A DNA stretch of 64,000 bases from an uncultured Gemmatimonadales bacterium (GTDB lineage: Bacteria > Gemmatimonadota > Gemmatimonadetes > Longimicrobiales > Longimicrobiaceae). The translations under genes were made by a program, and so were the position numbers. How positions within the stretch are numbered: position 1 is the stretch's first letter; each line of letters opens with the position of its first letter. Under the pieces are notes generated by a model that saw nothing but the letters and a program-made list of their open reading frames with translations, made no database searches and was not told the origin of the DNA. Positions 9,011-19,202 of the stretch are shown here, in pieces. The stretch spans positions 3,104,001 to 3,168,000 of the forward strand of contig OY970303.1 in NCBI GenBank assembly GCA_963716255.1, given 5' to 3'.

Positions 9011-10490
9011 CCCAGGCGGCCAGCAGCGTCGCCGCCGCGAACAGCACCACGCCCCAGAACACCACGTGCAGGCCGTCGGAAAGGCCCTCGCGGAGGACGG
9101 CGGCCGCCGGGCCGGCCAGCTCCGGCCCGCGCGACGCGCCCTCGCCCAGCAGGCCGTTCACGGCGTCCAGCGACACCTGGTCCTCCAGGCCGCGCGCGGC
9201 CAGGTAGGCGCGGATGCGGTGGTTGAGCACTCCGCCGAAGACCGCCGCCCCCAGCGCGTTCCCCAGGATGCGCATCAGCATGAACGACGCGGTCGCCACG
9301 CCCCGCTGCGTCCAGGCCACGCTCGTCTGGATCGCCACGATGAAGGTGGTGCTCAGCAGCCCCATCCCCACTCCCATCACGAACGACCCCACCCCCACCT
9401 GCGCGGGGCCCATGTCGGCGAGCAGCGCCACCAGCAGTGCGCCCGCCATCACCCCCACCCCGCCCATGCGGGACAGGCGGCGCACCCCCTGCCGCACGAA
9501 CAGCCGGCCCGCGATGGCGGAGGCCAGCGGCCACCCCACCGTCATCGCGGAGAGCGCGAACCCGGCCACCAGCGCGCTCCCCCCCTGCACCCCCTGCACG
9601 TACGTGGGGAGGAAGCTGATCAGCCCGATCATCGCGATCCCCGACGTCAGCGTGGCGACGTTGGCCAGCGCGATCAGGCGGTCGCTCCAGATCTCCAGGT
9701 GCATGATGGGGTCGGGCGCGCGCCGCTCCTGCCGCAGGAAGAGCACGAACACCACGGCGAAGAGCGCAAGCAGCCCCGCCATGGCGCCGGCTCCCCACTC
9801 GCTCCCCTGCGTAAGCGCCAGCATCAGCGCGGAAAGCCCCACGAAGAGCAGCCCCGCGCCGGCGTAGTCGATGTTCCGCTCCTCGTGGGCCACGTTCTCG
9901 TGGAGGAACAGGCTGGTCAGCACGATGGTGACCACCCCCAGCGGCAGGTTCAGCCAGAAGATCCACGGCCATCCCAGGTGCTGCACGATCAGTCCGCCCG
10001 CCAGCGGCCCCACGATCGCCGAGATCCCCCAGATGCTGCTCAGGTAGCCCTGCACCCGGCCGCGCTCCTCCAGCGTGTACAGGTCGCCCACCAGCGTCGC
10101 GGTGATGGGCTGCACCGCGCCCGCCCCGATCCCCTGGAGGAAGCGGAAGGCCACCAGCATGGGCATGGAGGTGGCGAAGCCGCACAGCGTGGACCCCAGC
10201 AGAAAGATCACGATGCCGGCGATGAACACCGGCTTGCGGCCAAGCAGGTCGCTGAGCTTGCCGAACACGGGGATGGTCACGGCCTGCATGAGCAGGTACG
10301 ACGAGAACACCCAGCTGTACAGCGAGAAGCCGCCCAGCGAGCCGGCGATCTGGGGCATGGCCGTCGCGACGATGGTGGCCTCGATGGCCGCCATGAGCAT
10401 CGCCAGGACCAGCGCGGTGAGGACCAGCGGGCGGTGGGTGGTGGTGCGCCTGAGCGGGCGCTGCTCGATCTCTGCGGGGGTGCTGGACAC
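8982..10490 (-). CDS. MFS drug:H+ antiporter (DHA2, 14-TM type)
   Basis: EATIVATAMP, GKLSDLLGRK, RFLQGIG, WIFWLNLP. Confidence 0.92.
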   Translation of the reverse strand: MSSTPAEIEQRPLRRTTTHRPLVLTALVLAMLMAAIEATIVATAMPQIAGSLGGFSLYSWVFSSYLLMQAVTIPVFGKLSDLLGRKPVFIAGIVIFLLGSTLCGFATSMPMLVAFRFLQGIGAGAVQPITATLVGDLYTLEERGRVQGYLSSIWGISAIVGPLAGGLIVQHLGWPWIFWLNLPLGVVTIVLTSLFLHENVAHEERNIDYAGAGLLFVGLSALMLALTQGSEWGAGAMAGLLALFAVVFVLFLRQERRAPDPIMHLEIWSDRLIALANVATLTSGIAMIGLISFLPTYVQGVQGGSALVAGFALSAMTVGWPLASAIAGRLFVRQGVRRLSRMGGVGVMAGALLVALLADMGPAQVGVGSFVMGVGMGLLSTTFIVAIQTSVAWTQRGVATASFMLMRILGNALGAAVFGGVLNHRIRAYLAARGLEDQVSLDAVNGLLGEGASRGPELAGPAAAVLREGLSDGLHVVFWGVVLFAAATLLAAWVIPDLREEA

Positions 10491-10678
10491 GGATCTTCGG
10501 TCTCGGGAAACGGGTGCGGCCCTGCGTGCGGCGCGGGTCGCCCGCAAGATCGCGACCCGCGCCGGTCCGCTTCCGCCGGGGGAAGCGCGAGCCCGCGCGG
10601 CAGGGTGCGCCGCGCGGGCTCGTTCCGTCTACACGCGTCCGGACGGCGGGTTCGCCCCGCCGGCCGGTGCGTTCCCGG

Positions 10679-11575
10679 TCAGCCGAAAAGCTTCTTGGCC
10701 ACGTCCATGAACATCTCGTGGTCGATGTCGGGGCCCAGCGGGGAGGTGAGCTGCGGCTCCATCGGCAGGTCGGGCGGGTCGAAGCCCTCGGGCGGGCCGT
10801 CCTGCACGATCAGCTCGCTCCCGTCCTCGGGGTGCGGGCCGTTCCAGATCTGCGAGATCTCGCGGTAGTCGTCGGCGCTGAAGCGGTAGAGGATCTGGTG
10901 CAGCCCCTTTTCCTCGTGCTTGCGCGCCTCGGGGAACTTCTTGTTGCTGATGTCCGGGATGGGAAGGAGCCCGCCCACGTTCACGCCGGTGAGCTTCTCC
11001 AACGCCTTGGCGTAGGCGACGATGTGCACCCCGCCGCGCACCAGCAGGTAGCCGAGCATCGCCCGCGAGGTCTCGTCGTCCACCATCTCGTAGACGCGGA
11101 TCTTGTTGGCGCGCGCCCCGCACTCCAGGAAGAAGTTGTGGAGCAGGTCCAGCTTGAGGTTGCCGCTGGAAAACACGTAGCTGCCATTCCACGGGTTCCC
11201 CATCGAGTCCACCGGGAGCGCCGTCTGCCCGCTGGCGATGAAGTGGTAGGCGTTGCGCGCGTCGGTCGCGTCCTTGAGGGGCGCGGCGAAGGGGTCGGTG
11301 CCGCGCGTGGTGGAGCCGCTCAGGAGCAGGTTGATGGTGTACGACACCGCCTCGATGTGGCCGTACTCCTCCGCCGCGATGTTGGCGATGAGATCGTAGA
11401 ACGGCCGCATCTCGTTCCGGCCGCGGAAGTTGAACGACTGGAAGGTGTAGTTCATCAGGGTGGACATCTCCCCGAACTTTCCGCCCAGCAGCTCCTGCAC
11501 GGCCGCCGCCCCGTTGGGATTGGGGTGCTTGGGCTGGGGAAGCTCCAGCGCCAGCTTGTCGATCCGCGTGATCAT
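10679..11575 (-). CDS. manganese catalase family protein
   Basis: QELLGGKFGEMS, EEYGHIE, LECGAR, RGGVH. Confidence 0.9.
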   Translation of the reverse strand: MITRIDKLALELPQPKHPNPNGAAAVQELLGGKFGEMSTLMNYTFQSFNFRGRNEMRPFYDLIANIAAEEYGHIEAVSYTINLLLSGSTTRGTDPFAAPLKDATDARNAYHFIASGQTALPVDSMGNPWNGSYVFSSGNLKLDLLHNFFLECGARANKIRVYEMVDDETSRAMLGYLLVRGGVHIVAYAKALEKLTGVNVGGLLPIPDISNKKFPEARKHEEKGLHQILYRFSADDYREISQIWNGPHPEDGSELIVQDGPPEGFDPPDLPMEPQLTSPLGPDIDHEMFMDVAKKLFG

Positions 11576-11887
11576 GGGTACCGCCTTGCGCCGCAAGTGA
11601 TTGCGGTCCGCAACCCGGACCGCAGGGGGCGGGCTGCCTGCACGATGCCTGCCACGCACCGCCGGCCGACCCCGGCAACGACACGCGCGGACCGGCCGCC
11701 GTCGCGGGGTTCTCCGGGAAATTTCTGGCCCGGAACGCCCGTTCCGCGCGAACTGTCGGATTGCGTGTCGTCTTCCGTGCGCACGGTCGGCTTTTTGCCT
11801 GGCTCGCGCGTCCGGTCGCCGTCACAGCTCCCACGCCCGCGCTTCCGCCGCGGGCGTGCAGCCCCACGCTTCACCACGGTTACGCCC

Positions 11888-14800
11888 ATGCGCATCGGTG
11901 TCACCCGCAGGCTGCTGGTCGTGTTGTCGCTCGCGCTCGTCACGTCGTGCGGTGAATCGGGCGGGGGACCCACCGCGCCGGAGCCCTCCGGCGCGGGAAT
12001 CCAGAGCCAGGAGGGCGTGCACCTCGTCCTGGCCGGCGGCGACCGCCAGTCCGGGTTCACCGGCGCGCCGCTGGCGAGCGCCGTGGTGGTGCGCGCGCTG
12101 GACGCGAGGGACCAGCCGGTGCCCGGCGTCGCCCTCACCTTCACGGCCACGGCGGGCGGCGGGAGCGTCGCCCAGGCGCAGGTGAGCACGGACGCCATGG
12201 GGAACGCACAGGCGCAGTGGACGCTCGGCGCGGCGGCGGGGGCGCAGACGCTCCAGGTGTCCGGCCCCGGCGGCATGGCGGTGGCGGCGACGGCGACCGC
12301 CGCCGCGCCCCCGGCGCCCGTGGCGCGGGTGCGCATCCAGCCGGATTCGCTGGCGCTGACCGTGGGAAGCACGGGCGCCTTCAGCGCGACCGCGCTGGAC
12401 GCGCAGGGGAACGAGCTGGCCGGGCGCACCGTCACCTGGACCACCTCCAACGCAGGGGTGGCCGCCCTGGGCTCCGGGGCCACCGTGACCGGCGTGGCGC
12501 AGGGGACGGCCACGGTCACCGCCACGGTGGAGGGCGTGACGGCGAGCGCCCCGGTGCGCGTCCTCCCGCCCCCGGTCGTGCCCGTGGCGCGGGTGCGCAT
12601 CCAGCCCGACTCGCTGGTGCTGATGATCGGGAGCACGGGGACCTTCAGCGCCGCCGCCCTGGACGCGCAGGGCAACGTGCTCGCCGGGCGCACGGTCACC
12701 TGGACGCTGGCCAACCCGCAGGGCGCGTTCGGGCCGGGCTACGTGGCCACCCTGGGCGCCGGCGCGGTCGTCACCGGCGTGGGCCAGGGGACCGCGACGG
12801 TAACGGCGACCGTGGAGGGCGTGTCGGCCATCGCGACCGTGCGGGTTTTCCCGGTGCCCGTGGCGCGCCTGAGCGTGCGGCCCGATTCGCTGGACCTGCT
12901 CCCCGGCGCCAGCGCGGAGCTGTTCGCCGTGGCGCTGGACGCGCAGGGCAACGTGCTCACCGGGCGGCCGGTGGCGTGGGCGTCGTCGGACGCGCGCGTG
13001 GCGGCGGTGGGAAGCACGGGCACGGTCGCCGGGGTCGCCGACGGGACCGCGACGATCACGGCCACGGTGGAAGGGATCAGTGCGAGCGCCCGGGTGCGGG
13101 TGCGGACACCCCCCCCGGCCGCGGTGGCGACGCTGGAGCTCCGCCCCGACTCTGTGACGCTGGAGGTGGGCAGGCAGCGGACGTTCATCGCCACCGCCCG
13201 GGACGTGAACGGCAACGCGCTGAGCGGGCGCGTGGTGACCTGGAGCACCTCCAACCCGGCGGTGGCGTCCTTCGGCGCCCCGGGGGGGAGCCTGGTCACG
13301 GCGCTGGCGGAGGGGACCGCGACGATCACCGCCACCTCCGAGGGAGTCTCGGCGACCTCCACGGTGCGCGTCGTGGCTCCCATCTCTGCCCGCGTGGCGA
13401 CGGTCCGCATCCAGCCCGACTCGCTGGCGCTCGCCGCGGGGAGCACCGGCAACTTCGACGCGACCGCGCTGGACGCCCAGGGCAACGTGCTCACCGGGCG
13501 CACCGTCGTCTGGACCACGGCGAACGCGCAGGTGGCGTCGGTCGGCGCGGGGGGCACAGTGACCGGCGTCGCGCAGGGCAGCACGCAGGTCACCGCGACG
13601 GTGGAGGGCGTCACCGCCAGCGCCCCGGTGCGCGTCTTCCGGGTACCCGTGGCGCGGGTGCGCATCCAGCCCGATTCGCTGGTGCTGACGGCCGGGGGCA
13701 CCGGCGCCTTCACCGCGACCGCTCTGGACGCGCAGGGCAACGCGCTGGCCGGGCGCACCGTCACCTGGACGGTCTCCAACACCGGCGTGGCCGCGCTCGG
13801 CGCCGGCGGCGTCGTGACCGGCGTGGCGCAGGGCACGGCCACGATCAACGCCACGGTGGAGGGGATCACGGCGAGCGCCCCGGTGCGCGTGCTCCCGCGT
13901 CCCGGCGGGCCCGTGGCGCGGGTGCGCATCCAGCCGGACTCGATGGTGCTGATGATCGGCAGCTCGGGCAACTTCGACGCGACCGCGCTGGACGCCGAGG
14001 GCAACGTGCTCACCGGCCGCACGATCACCTGGACGCTGGCCAACCCGCAGGGCGGGTTCGGCCCGGGCTACGTGGCCACGCTGGGCGCAGGCGGCGCGGT
14101 CACCGGCGTGGGCCAGGGGACCGCGACCGTCACGGCGACGGTGGAGGGCGTGTCGGCCACCGCCACCGTGCGGGTGTTCCCGGTGCCGGTGGCGCGCCTG
14201 AGCGTTCGGCCCGATTCGCTGGACCTGCTCCCCGGCGCCAGCACGGAGCTGTTCGCCGTGGCGCTGGATGCGCAGGGCAACGTGCTCACCGGGCGGCCGG
14301 TGACGTGGGCATCGTCGGATGCACGCGTGGCGGCGGTGGGGAGCACGGGCACGGTCGCCGGGGTCGCCGACGGGACGGCGACGATCACGGCCACCTCCGA
14401 GGGGGTCACCGCCACCGCCCGGGTGCGGGTGCGGGTGCCCCCGCCGGCCCCGGTGGCGACCCTGGTCCTCAACCCCGACTCGGCGACGCTGGAGGTGGGG
14501 AAGCAGCGGACGTTCTCCGCCATCGCCAGGGACGTGAACGGCAACCTTCTCAGCGGGCGCGTGGTGACGTGGAGCACGTCCAACCCCGCGGTGGCGGCCT
14601 TCGGCGCCTCGGGGAGCCTGGTGACGGCGCTGGCGGAGGGGACCGCGACGATCACGGCCACTTCCGAGGGAATCTCGGCGACCGCCACGGTGCGGGTGGT
14701 GCCCGCCGCGCCCAGGGTGGCGACGGTGAAGGTGATCCCCGACACGCTCTCCATGTTCCCCGGCGACAGCCTGCAGTTCAGGGCCGTCGCGCTGGACGCG

Positions 14801-15700
14801 CAGGGGAACGTCATGACCGGGCTCACGGTGAGCTGGAGCGGGAACTCGAGCTACGGCACCGGCGCGCAGGTGAGCCGGAGCGGCATGGTGACGGCGTGGG
14901 CCGAGGGCACGACCACCGTCCGCGCCACGGTGAGCGGGGTCACGGGAACCTCCACGGTGCGGGTGAAGCCGGCTCCCCTCAGCAACGTCGGGGTGAAGGT
15001 GATCCGCAAGTACGTCCCCATCACCGGTGCCAACCTGGACGTTTCCACCGGTCCCAGGCCGGTCCGCTTCATCGTCGAGTTCACGGAGGCCGTGAAGGAC
15101 ATGTCGCTGCGCATCCGCAGCCCCGGGGGGATGCGGATCGACTGCGGCCGGTCGTACGCCGACAACATCTTCCAGAAGGAGTTCTTCTGCGAGCTGGAGA
15201 TCCCGGGCGGAGCGGACCCGGGGCTGTGGCGGGTGGAGCAGCTGGTGCTCACCACCAGCAACGGGTCACGCACCCTCTCCTCGGCGGACCTGGACGCCGA
15301 GAACGTCCCGGGGCGGGCCTTCTCCGTGTTCGGCTCGGGTACGGACCGTGAGGCGCCGGTGGTGACCGCGGTGATCAACCGCGGGCGCGAGTCGGGCAGG
15401 TTCTGGATCCGGTACGACCTGGTGGACTACGTGACGGGCGTGCGCAGCTCCTCGGCGACGCTGCGCAACGTTGCCACCGGGCAGACGGTGACCTGCACGG
15501 GGAACCCGTCGCGCGGTGCCCTCGCCAAGTACGGCGAAAACCTCTGCCCGCTGGACGTTCCCGAGGGGGAGCGGTGGCAGCTCGTCTCCATCACCGCGAC
15601 GGACGGAGTGGGCAACACGGCGACCTACACGCCGGCGCAGATCGACGCGGTCCGGGGACTGTTCGAGCAGACGCACCTCACCTACGAGTTCACCTCATAG
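11888..15700 (+). CDS. large lipoprotein with one Big_1-like domain, ten Big_2-like Ig repeats and a Cys-containing C-terminal region
   Basis: Lipobox LVTSC; repeated PVARVRIQPDS...VTW...GTATVTATVEG units. Confidence 0.88.
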   Translation: MRIGVTRRLLVVLSLALVTSCGESGGGPTAPEPSGAGIQSQEGVHLVLAGGDRQSGFTGAPLASAVVVRALDARDQPVPGVALTFTATAGGGSVAQAQVSTDAMGNAQAQWTLGAAAGAQTLQVSGPGGMAVAATATAAAPPAPVARVRIQPDSLALTVGSTGAFSATALDAQGNELAGRTVTWTTSNAGVAALGSGATVTGVAQGTATVTATVEGVTASAPVRVLPPPVVPVARVRIQPDSLVLMIGSTGTFSAAALDAQGNVLAGRTVTWTLANPQGAFGPGYVATLGAGAVVTGVGQGTATVTATVEGVSAIATVRVFPVPVARLSVRPDSLDLLPGASAELFAVALDAQGNVLTGRPVAWASSDARVAAVGSTGTVAGVADGTATITATVEGISASARVRVRTPPPAAVATLELRPDSVTLEVGRQRTFIATARDVNGNALSGRVVTWSTSNPAVASFGAPGGSLVTALAEGTATITATSEGVSATSTVRVVAPISARVATVRIQPDSLALAAGSTGNFDATALDAQGNVLTGRTVVWTTANAQVASVGAGGTVTGVAQGSTQVTATVEGVTASAPVRVFRVPVARVRIQPDSLVLTAGGTGAFTATALDAQGNALAGRTVTWTVSNTGVAALGAGGVVTGVAQGTATINATVEGITASAPVRVLPRPGGPVARVRIQPDSMVLMIGSSGNFDATALDAEGNVLTGRTITWTLANPQGGFGPGYVATLGAGGAVTGVGQGTATVTATVEGVSATATVRVFPVPVARLSVRPDSLDLLPGASTELFAVALDAQGNVLTGRPVTWASSDARVAAVGSTGTVAGVADGTATITATSEGVTATARVRVRVPPPAPVATLVLNPDSATLEVGKQRTFSAIARDVNGNLLSGRVVTWSTSNPAVAAFGASGSLVTALAEGTATITATSEGISATATVRVVPAAPRVATVKVIPDTLSMFPGDSLQFRAVALDAQGNVMTGLTVSWSGNSSYGTGAQVSRSGMVTAWAEGTTTVRATVSGVTGTSTVRVKPAPLSNVGVKVIRKYVPITGANLDVSTGPRPVRFIVEFTEAVKDMSLRIRSPGGMRIDCGRSYADNIFQKEFFCELEIPGGADPGLWRVEQLVLTTSNGSRTLSSADLDAENVPGRAFSVFGSGTDREAPVVTAVINRGRESGRFWIRYDLVDYVTGVRSSSATLRNVATGQTVTCTGNPSRGALAKYGENLCPLDVPEGERWQLVSITATDGVGNTATYTPAQIDAVRGLFEQTHLTYEFTS

Positions 15701-15720
15701 CGACGGGGAGGGGATACAAT

Positions 15721-15759
15721 GCAGAAGGGGGTGGGCTCCGGCCCACCCCCTTCTGCTTT
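15721..15759 (+). terminator. probable intrinsic terminator
   Basis: 16-bp perfect stem GCAGAAGGGGGTGGGC-TCCG-GCCCACCCCCTTCTGC then TTT. Confidence 0.7.
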
Positions 15760-15864
15760 CCCGTGCGGCTCTGCATGCGTCCGGTACGCGGATAGTTGCG
15801 TGGCGATGGCTGCCGCGCCGGCTCTTAGGTCTGTGCGGGCCTGCCGAACTCTAACAGGATCGGC

Positions 15865-16713
15865 TCAATGGCCAAATCCTCCATTGGTTGATGGCGCCTT
15901 GTTGGCTTCGCCGCTGACCACCCAAGGCCCCGCGCCACGCGCGACGATGGTGGCGAAGTTTTGGTATATTATTTTACGTAAAATCTCTTCGCTCTCACCC
16001 CGCAAACTCGCAGTGGCGCGAATCAGCTCCCTAACGTCGAAAGGCTCGGCTTCACGCCCCCGTTGCTGCACAAAAGGGCCATCTGTTTCCGTAAGAAGCC
16101 GAGCAGTGGGGATGCGAGCAACAACTTCGCGACCTTGGGCAGACCTCACCATTGCTGGGTTTACTGAGAAGTAGCACCCAGCCGCGGCAGCCTGTTCCAA
16201 GACCGAAAAAGATCCCGAATACCAGTGCAGGATCGCCGTCCCGGGGAAGCCCTCCACGGATGCAACCACATCGGCGGCCGCACGCCTGCTGTGTACGGAG
16301 AGGACACGAGCCGGGTCTGATGCACAAGCGTCAATAATGGCGGAGAAGACCCGGCGTTGGGTGGAGGGCTGTGCCGCTGCATCCCGAGTGTAGTCGAGTC
16401 CTACCTCGCCGATGTACCGTGTTTCACTTAGGTATTCCCGAAACTCCTGCAGCGGCTCTGCCGCCCCGGTGACATGGACCGGATGATAACCGAGCGCCGG
16501 ACGAACGTACCTGTGACCTTTCGTGAGTACCTGAGTAAGGGGGAAGTCGCTAGGGCGGATCGTCACGGCGATACAGAAGATCTGCTCTCGCTCCAAATCC
16601 TCGATAATACGGTCGGGATCCGCGGCATGGTCTAGGTGGTAGTGGGTGTCGACGAGCCATGACCCATGTCTTGGCTTGGCCACGTGTTCCATTGGCACCA
16701 ACTCAACCACCAT
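15865..16713 (-). CDS. qatD: TatD family nuclease, QatD-like
   Basis: DTHYH, GYHP, IGEVGLD, SVHSR, LHW, LTETDGP; same operon as QueC-like gene. Confidence 0.85.
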   Translation of the reverse strand: MVVELVPMEHVAKPRHGSWLVDTHYHLDHAADPDRIIEDLEREQIFCIAVTIRPSDFPLTQVLTKGHRYVRPALGYHPVHVTGAAEPLQEFREYLSETRYIGEVGLDYTRDAAAQPSTQRRVFSAIIDACASDPARVLSVHSRRAAADVVASVEGFPGTAILHWYSGSFSVLEQAAAAGCYFSVNPAMVRSAQGREVVARIPTARLLTETDGPFVQQRGREAEPFDVRELIRATASLRGESEEILRKIIYQNFATIVARGAGPWVVSGEANKAPSTNGGFGH

Positions 16714-17335
16714 TTGGTCGGTAGCGACGATACGCCACCTCTACGCGCTGTGCTAGGGCACTGAACTCCCGGATCGCGGAGTTCACCTCCTCCTCCGTAT
16801 AAACGCGCCCCTGAAGTCCGCCACCATCAAGACGCTGAACACCAATACTCGTATTCCCGCCGAAGAAGCCATACCTTTCGCTAAGCGCGGCCTGCAGTAG
16901 CGGCATGCGGAGCTCTTGGTTCCATGCATCGTCGTACGCGCCGAGCAGGACCCCTATGTGCCCAGCCTCGGTGATGTCCACCCTCCCGACCTGTCCTGTC
17001 AACGTTAAGAACTTCGTTGCGGCGAATTGGACGTTGAAGAAGGAGTCTGCGACGGCGGGTTGCTCTTGCGAGTACCATGCGTAATACGATGCAATCTGGT
17101 CAGTCACGTCTTGGATACGTGAGGCACTCTTCAGGTACTGGTTCCGCCCCAGAGCCGCCACCATCCCAGCAGTCACCTCCTCAAGTGTGGCGCCCTTGTG
17201 TATGCGACGAATCCCATTCTTCAGGTACGAGTTATAGCCAGCGCGCGGACCACTCTCGGCTGGATTAACCTTCTGTGCCAACCAGCCCGCTGGATCACGC
17301 CTACAGATCGCAAGTTCCCGGTGGGCGATTCTCAT
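16703..17335 (-). CDS. hypothetical protein, possibly degenerate PD-(D/E)xK fold
   Basis: ATGA-coupled to upstream gene; LTGQVGRVD segment resembles the GxxD strand of RecB-like nucleases but no clear catalytic ExK. Confidence 0.7.
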   Translation of the reverse strand: MRIAHRELAICRRDPAGWLAQKVNPAESGPRAGYNSYLKNGIRRIHKGATLEEVTAGMVAALGRNQYLKSASRIQDVTDQIASYYAWYSQEQPAVADSFFNVQFAATKFLTLTGQVGRVDITEAGHIGVLLGAYDDAWNQELRMPLLQAALSERYGFFGGNTSIGVQRLDGGGLQGRVYTEEEVNSAIREFSALAQRVEVAYRRYRPNGG

Positions 17336-18633
17336 GCGAGAAGCGCGGCGACTGTGGGCCGCTGACCCAGCACCACACGAGCTTCTTCTGCGAAGCGCCG
17401 GTACATCGTGATCGTACGCGGAGCATCTATGTGCTCGGAGTATAGCTCGGGCCACAACTCCATTATGTCTGCATCACTCGATAGCTCGATGGTACGCACG
17501 AACTCCACAAGGTCGGACAGGTTGCGTCGGCCGATGTCCTCGGGGCCAAGCCTGGCGAAGTCCGCCGCCCATAGGTCACGACCATACCGGGTCGGGTCAT
17601 CACCATGGTACTCAATGGCGATTCGCCGTACATAGCAGGGCACACACTCTCCACAGTGGTGTGCACCGCCCGCTCCACCACGCGCGTTTTTCCAGCAGCT
17701 TTCGGTTATCTCGATCGCCCCTGGCATCTGGGCCACTACCTCCCTCACCACCTCAGCCTTAGTGTGGTGAAGAAACGGGTTTTCAATCACCATCTCAAAA
17801 CCCAACGCCAACGCGAGGTAGTCACGCATCGGGGCAAGGACATCAGGATGAGCAGTGTGTGTAGAGAAAGCCCCAATCCGGGCGTTGGTGAGAGGCAGGT
17901 GGATCGCCATTTGACCGTTCTCTGCCAGCACCACTAGCCGGTGGTTTCCGGCTCGCCGTGCGGCTAGTGCTCCAAGGGTCATGAACAGGAACGAGCGAGT
18001 ACGCTGACTTCCCTCCACTGCGTGCTCTGCTACAGCATCCTGATCACCCGGTCGGCTAGAGGCGAAAAACTGATAGTGAGAGACTGGTCCGAAGCGGTTC
18101 TGCAACGCCTCTACCAGTGTCTGCTGCGCCTTCTTCGTCTTCGCATTACGCGTTACATGTGAGACGAGTTGGTGCAGTTTCCCTTCTGCAGCATACATAT
18201 GAGCTGCAGCAAATGAATCTAGTCCCCCCGAGAAGAGAAGAGTTCGACCTTCTTGGCTTGTGTCGAAGACTTGCGTCTCCGGGTTACCCTGGGACTGGCG
18301 GAGCTGAATCTCCCAGAAGTCGTTTGCGAGGGTCCGGAGGATCTGCTCGACCAATGGGACAAGCGGCATTAGCCGGAACGTATTAACAACGGGGATAGAG
18401 AGAACAATATCCCGGCCGAACTCCTCACGCTCGCCGCGTTTGGTCGCCCTATCTGCGGCAAAGACCGCAGAAGCGAGGCGCAGAAGGTCCGCCTCCAACG
18501 TTGTTGGGGCCCCAATCTGCTTTCGAAAGTCCTTCTCCCCCGTATAGAGCGTAGAGCGCGTATCAAGTACATAGTTGTACCCGGCTCCATCACCATCAGC
18601 ATCGCTTTGGCGTACGAAATAGGAGGTCATCAT
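17332..18633 (-). CDS. qatC: QueC-like PP-loop ATP pyrophosphatase, QatC-like
   Basis: LLFSGGLDS, RTRSFLF, AENG, STHTAHP, NPF..TKAE, C..CGECVPC zinc site; N-terminal extension. Confidence 0.88.
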   Translation of the reverse strand: MMTSYFVRQSDADGDGAGYNYVLDTRSTLYTGEKDFRKQIGAPTTLEADLLRLASAVFAADRATKRGEREEFGRDIVLSIPVVNTFRLMPLVPLVEQILRTLANDFWEIQLRQSQGNPETQVFDTSQEGRTLLFSGGLDSFAAAHMYAAEGKLHQLVSHVTRNAKTKKAQQTLVEALQNRFGPVSHYQFFASSRPGDQDAVAEHAVEGSQRTRSFLFMTLGALAARRAGNHRLVVLAENGQMAIHLPLTNARIGAFSTHTAHPDVLAPMRDYLALALGFEMVIENPFLHHTKAEVVREVVAQMPGAIEITESCWKNARGGAGGAHHCGECVPCYVRRIAIEYHGDDPTRYGRDLWAADFARLGPEDIGRRNLSDLVEFVRTIELSSDADIMELWPELYSEHIDAPRTITMYRRFAEEARVVLGQRPTVAALLA

Positions 18634-19202
18634 CCCTCCTTCCCTGCACCAGACAGTTGGGCAACCACATCGCCTACGTAACCACGCCACGCAGTAGAGT
18701 CGGTGGGTGGGGCACCCACGCGACTCACCACGTCCACAGTGGCGCGGCGGATCTCGCCCTTGAGTGCGATGGCTTCTGCCGCGGTCTGAACCCGCTGCGG
18801 TGCCCCAACGTAGCTCGGGAGATCCCGGGATGCATAGTAGGCACTAGCCTCCGCGAACAACTCCCCGGCGAACCGGGCGGCACCGCCTCCTTGGGCTGCC
18901 ACACGGGCCAAGGCGCGCCGGCCCATGTCGACTATTGGGCCAGCCGCTCTACCATAGGCGGCAGCGGTATCGAACCCCTGCAGCGCCTCACGCACCGAAT
19001 CACCGCGCGCCGCGATCGCGCACGCAGTCGCAAACACCGGTGCGGCGAATGATTCTGTGAGATCTGATCCGCGCTCGGCGTTCGCGGCCTGCCAAAGGAG
19101 CTGCGCTTGTCGCTCAGGGCTGAGATTGCGTCGCCCAAGCGCGGCCTTCGCTGGTCGCCACGCGGGAACGTTTGGTGAAGGGTCGTTCCGCGAGGTTCCC
19201 AT
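18630..19202 (-). CDS. qatB: QatB-like protein
   Basis: MGTS N-terminus, Ala-rich helical body, translationally coupled immediately upstream of qatC-like gene. Confidence 0.65.
   Translation of the reverse strand: MGTSRNDPSPNVPAWRPAKAALGRRNLSPERQAQLLWQAANAERGSDLTESFAAPVFATACAIAARGDSVREALQGFDTAAAYGRAAGPIVDMGRRALARVAAQGGGAARFAGELFAEASAYYASRDLPSYVGAPQRVQTAAEAIALKGEIRRATVDVVSRVGAPPTDSTAWRGYVGDVVAQLSGAGKEG

Noticed and set aside
10514..11887. N-terminal extension of the Ig-repeat protein
   Set aside because: Antisense to the Mn catalase; the lipoprotein signal begins at ATG 11888.
17332..18633. Housekeeping queC or Dpd DNA-modification cluster
   Set aside because: Long N-terminal extension, QatB-like and TatD neighbours, and no queD/queE/folE/dpdA nearby.
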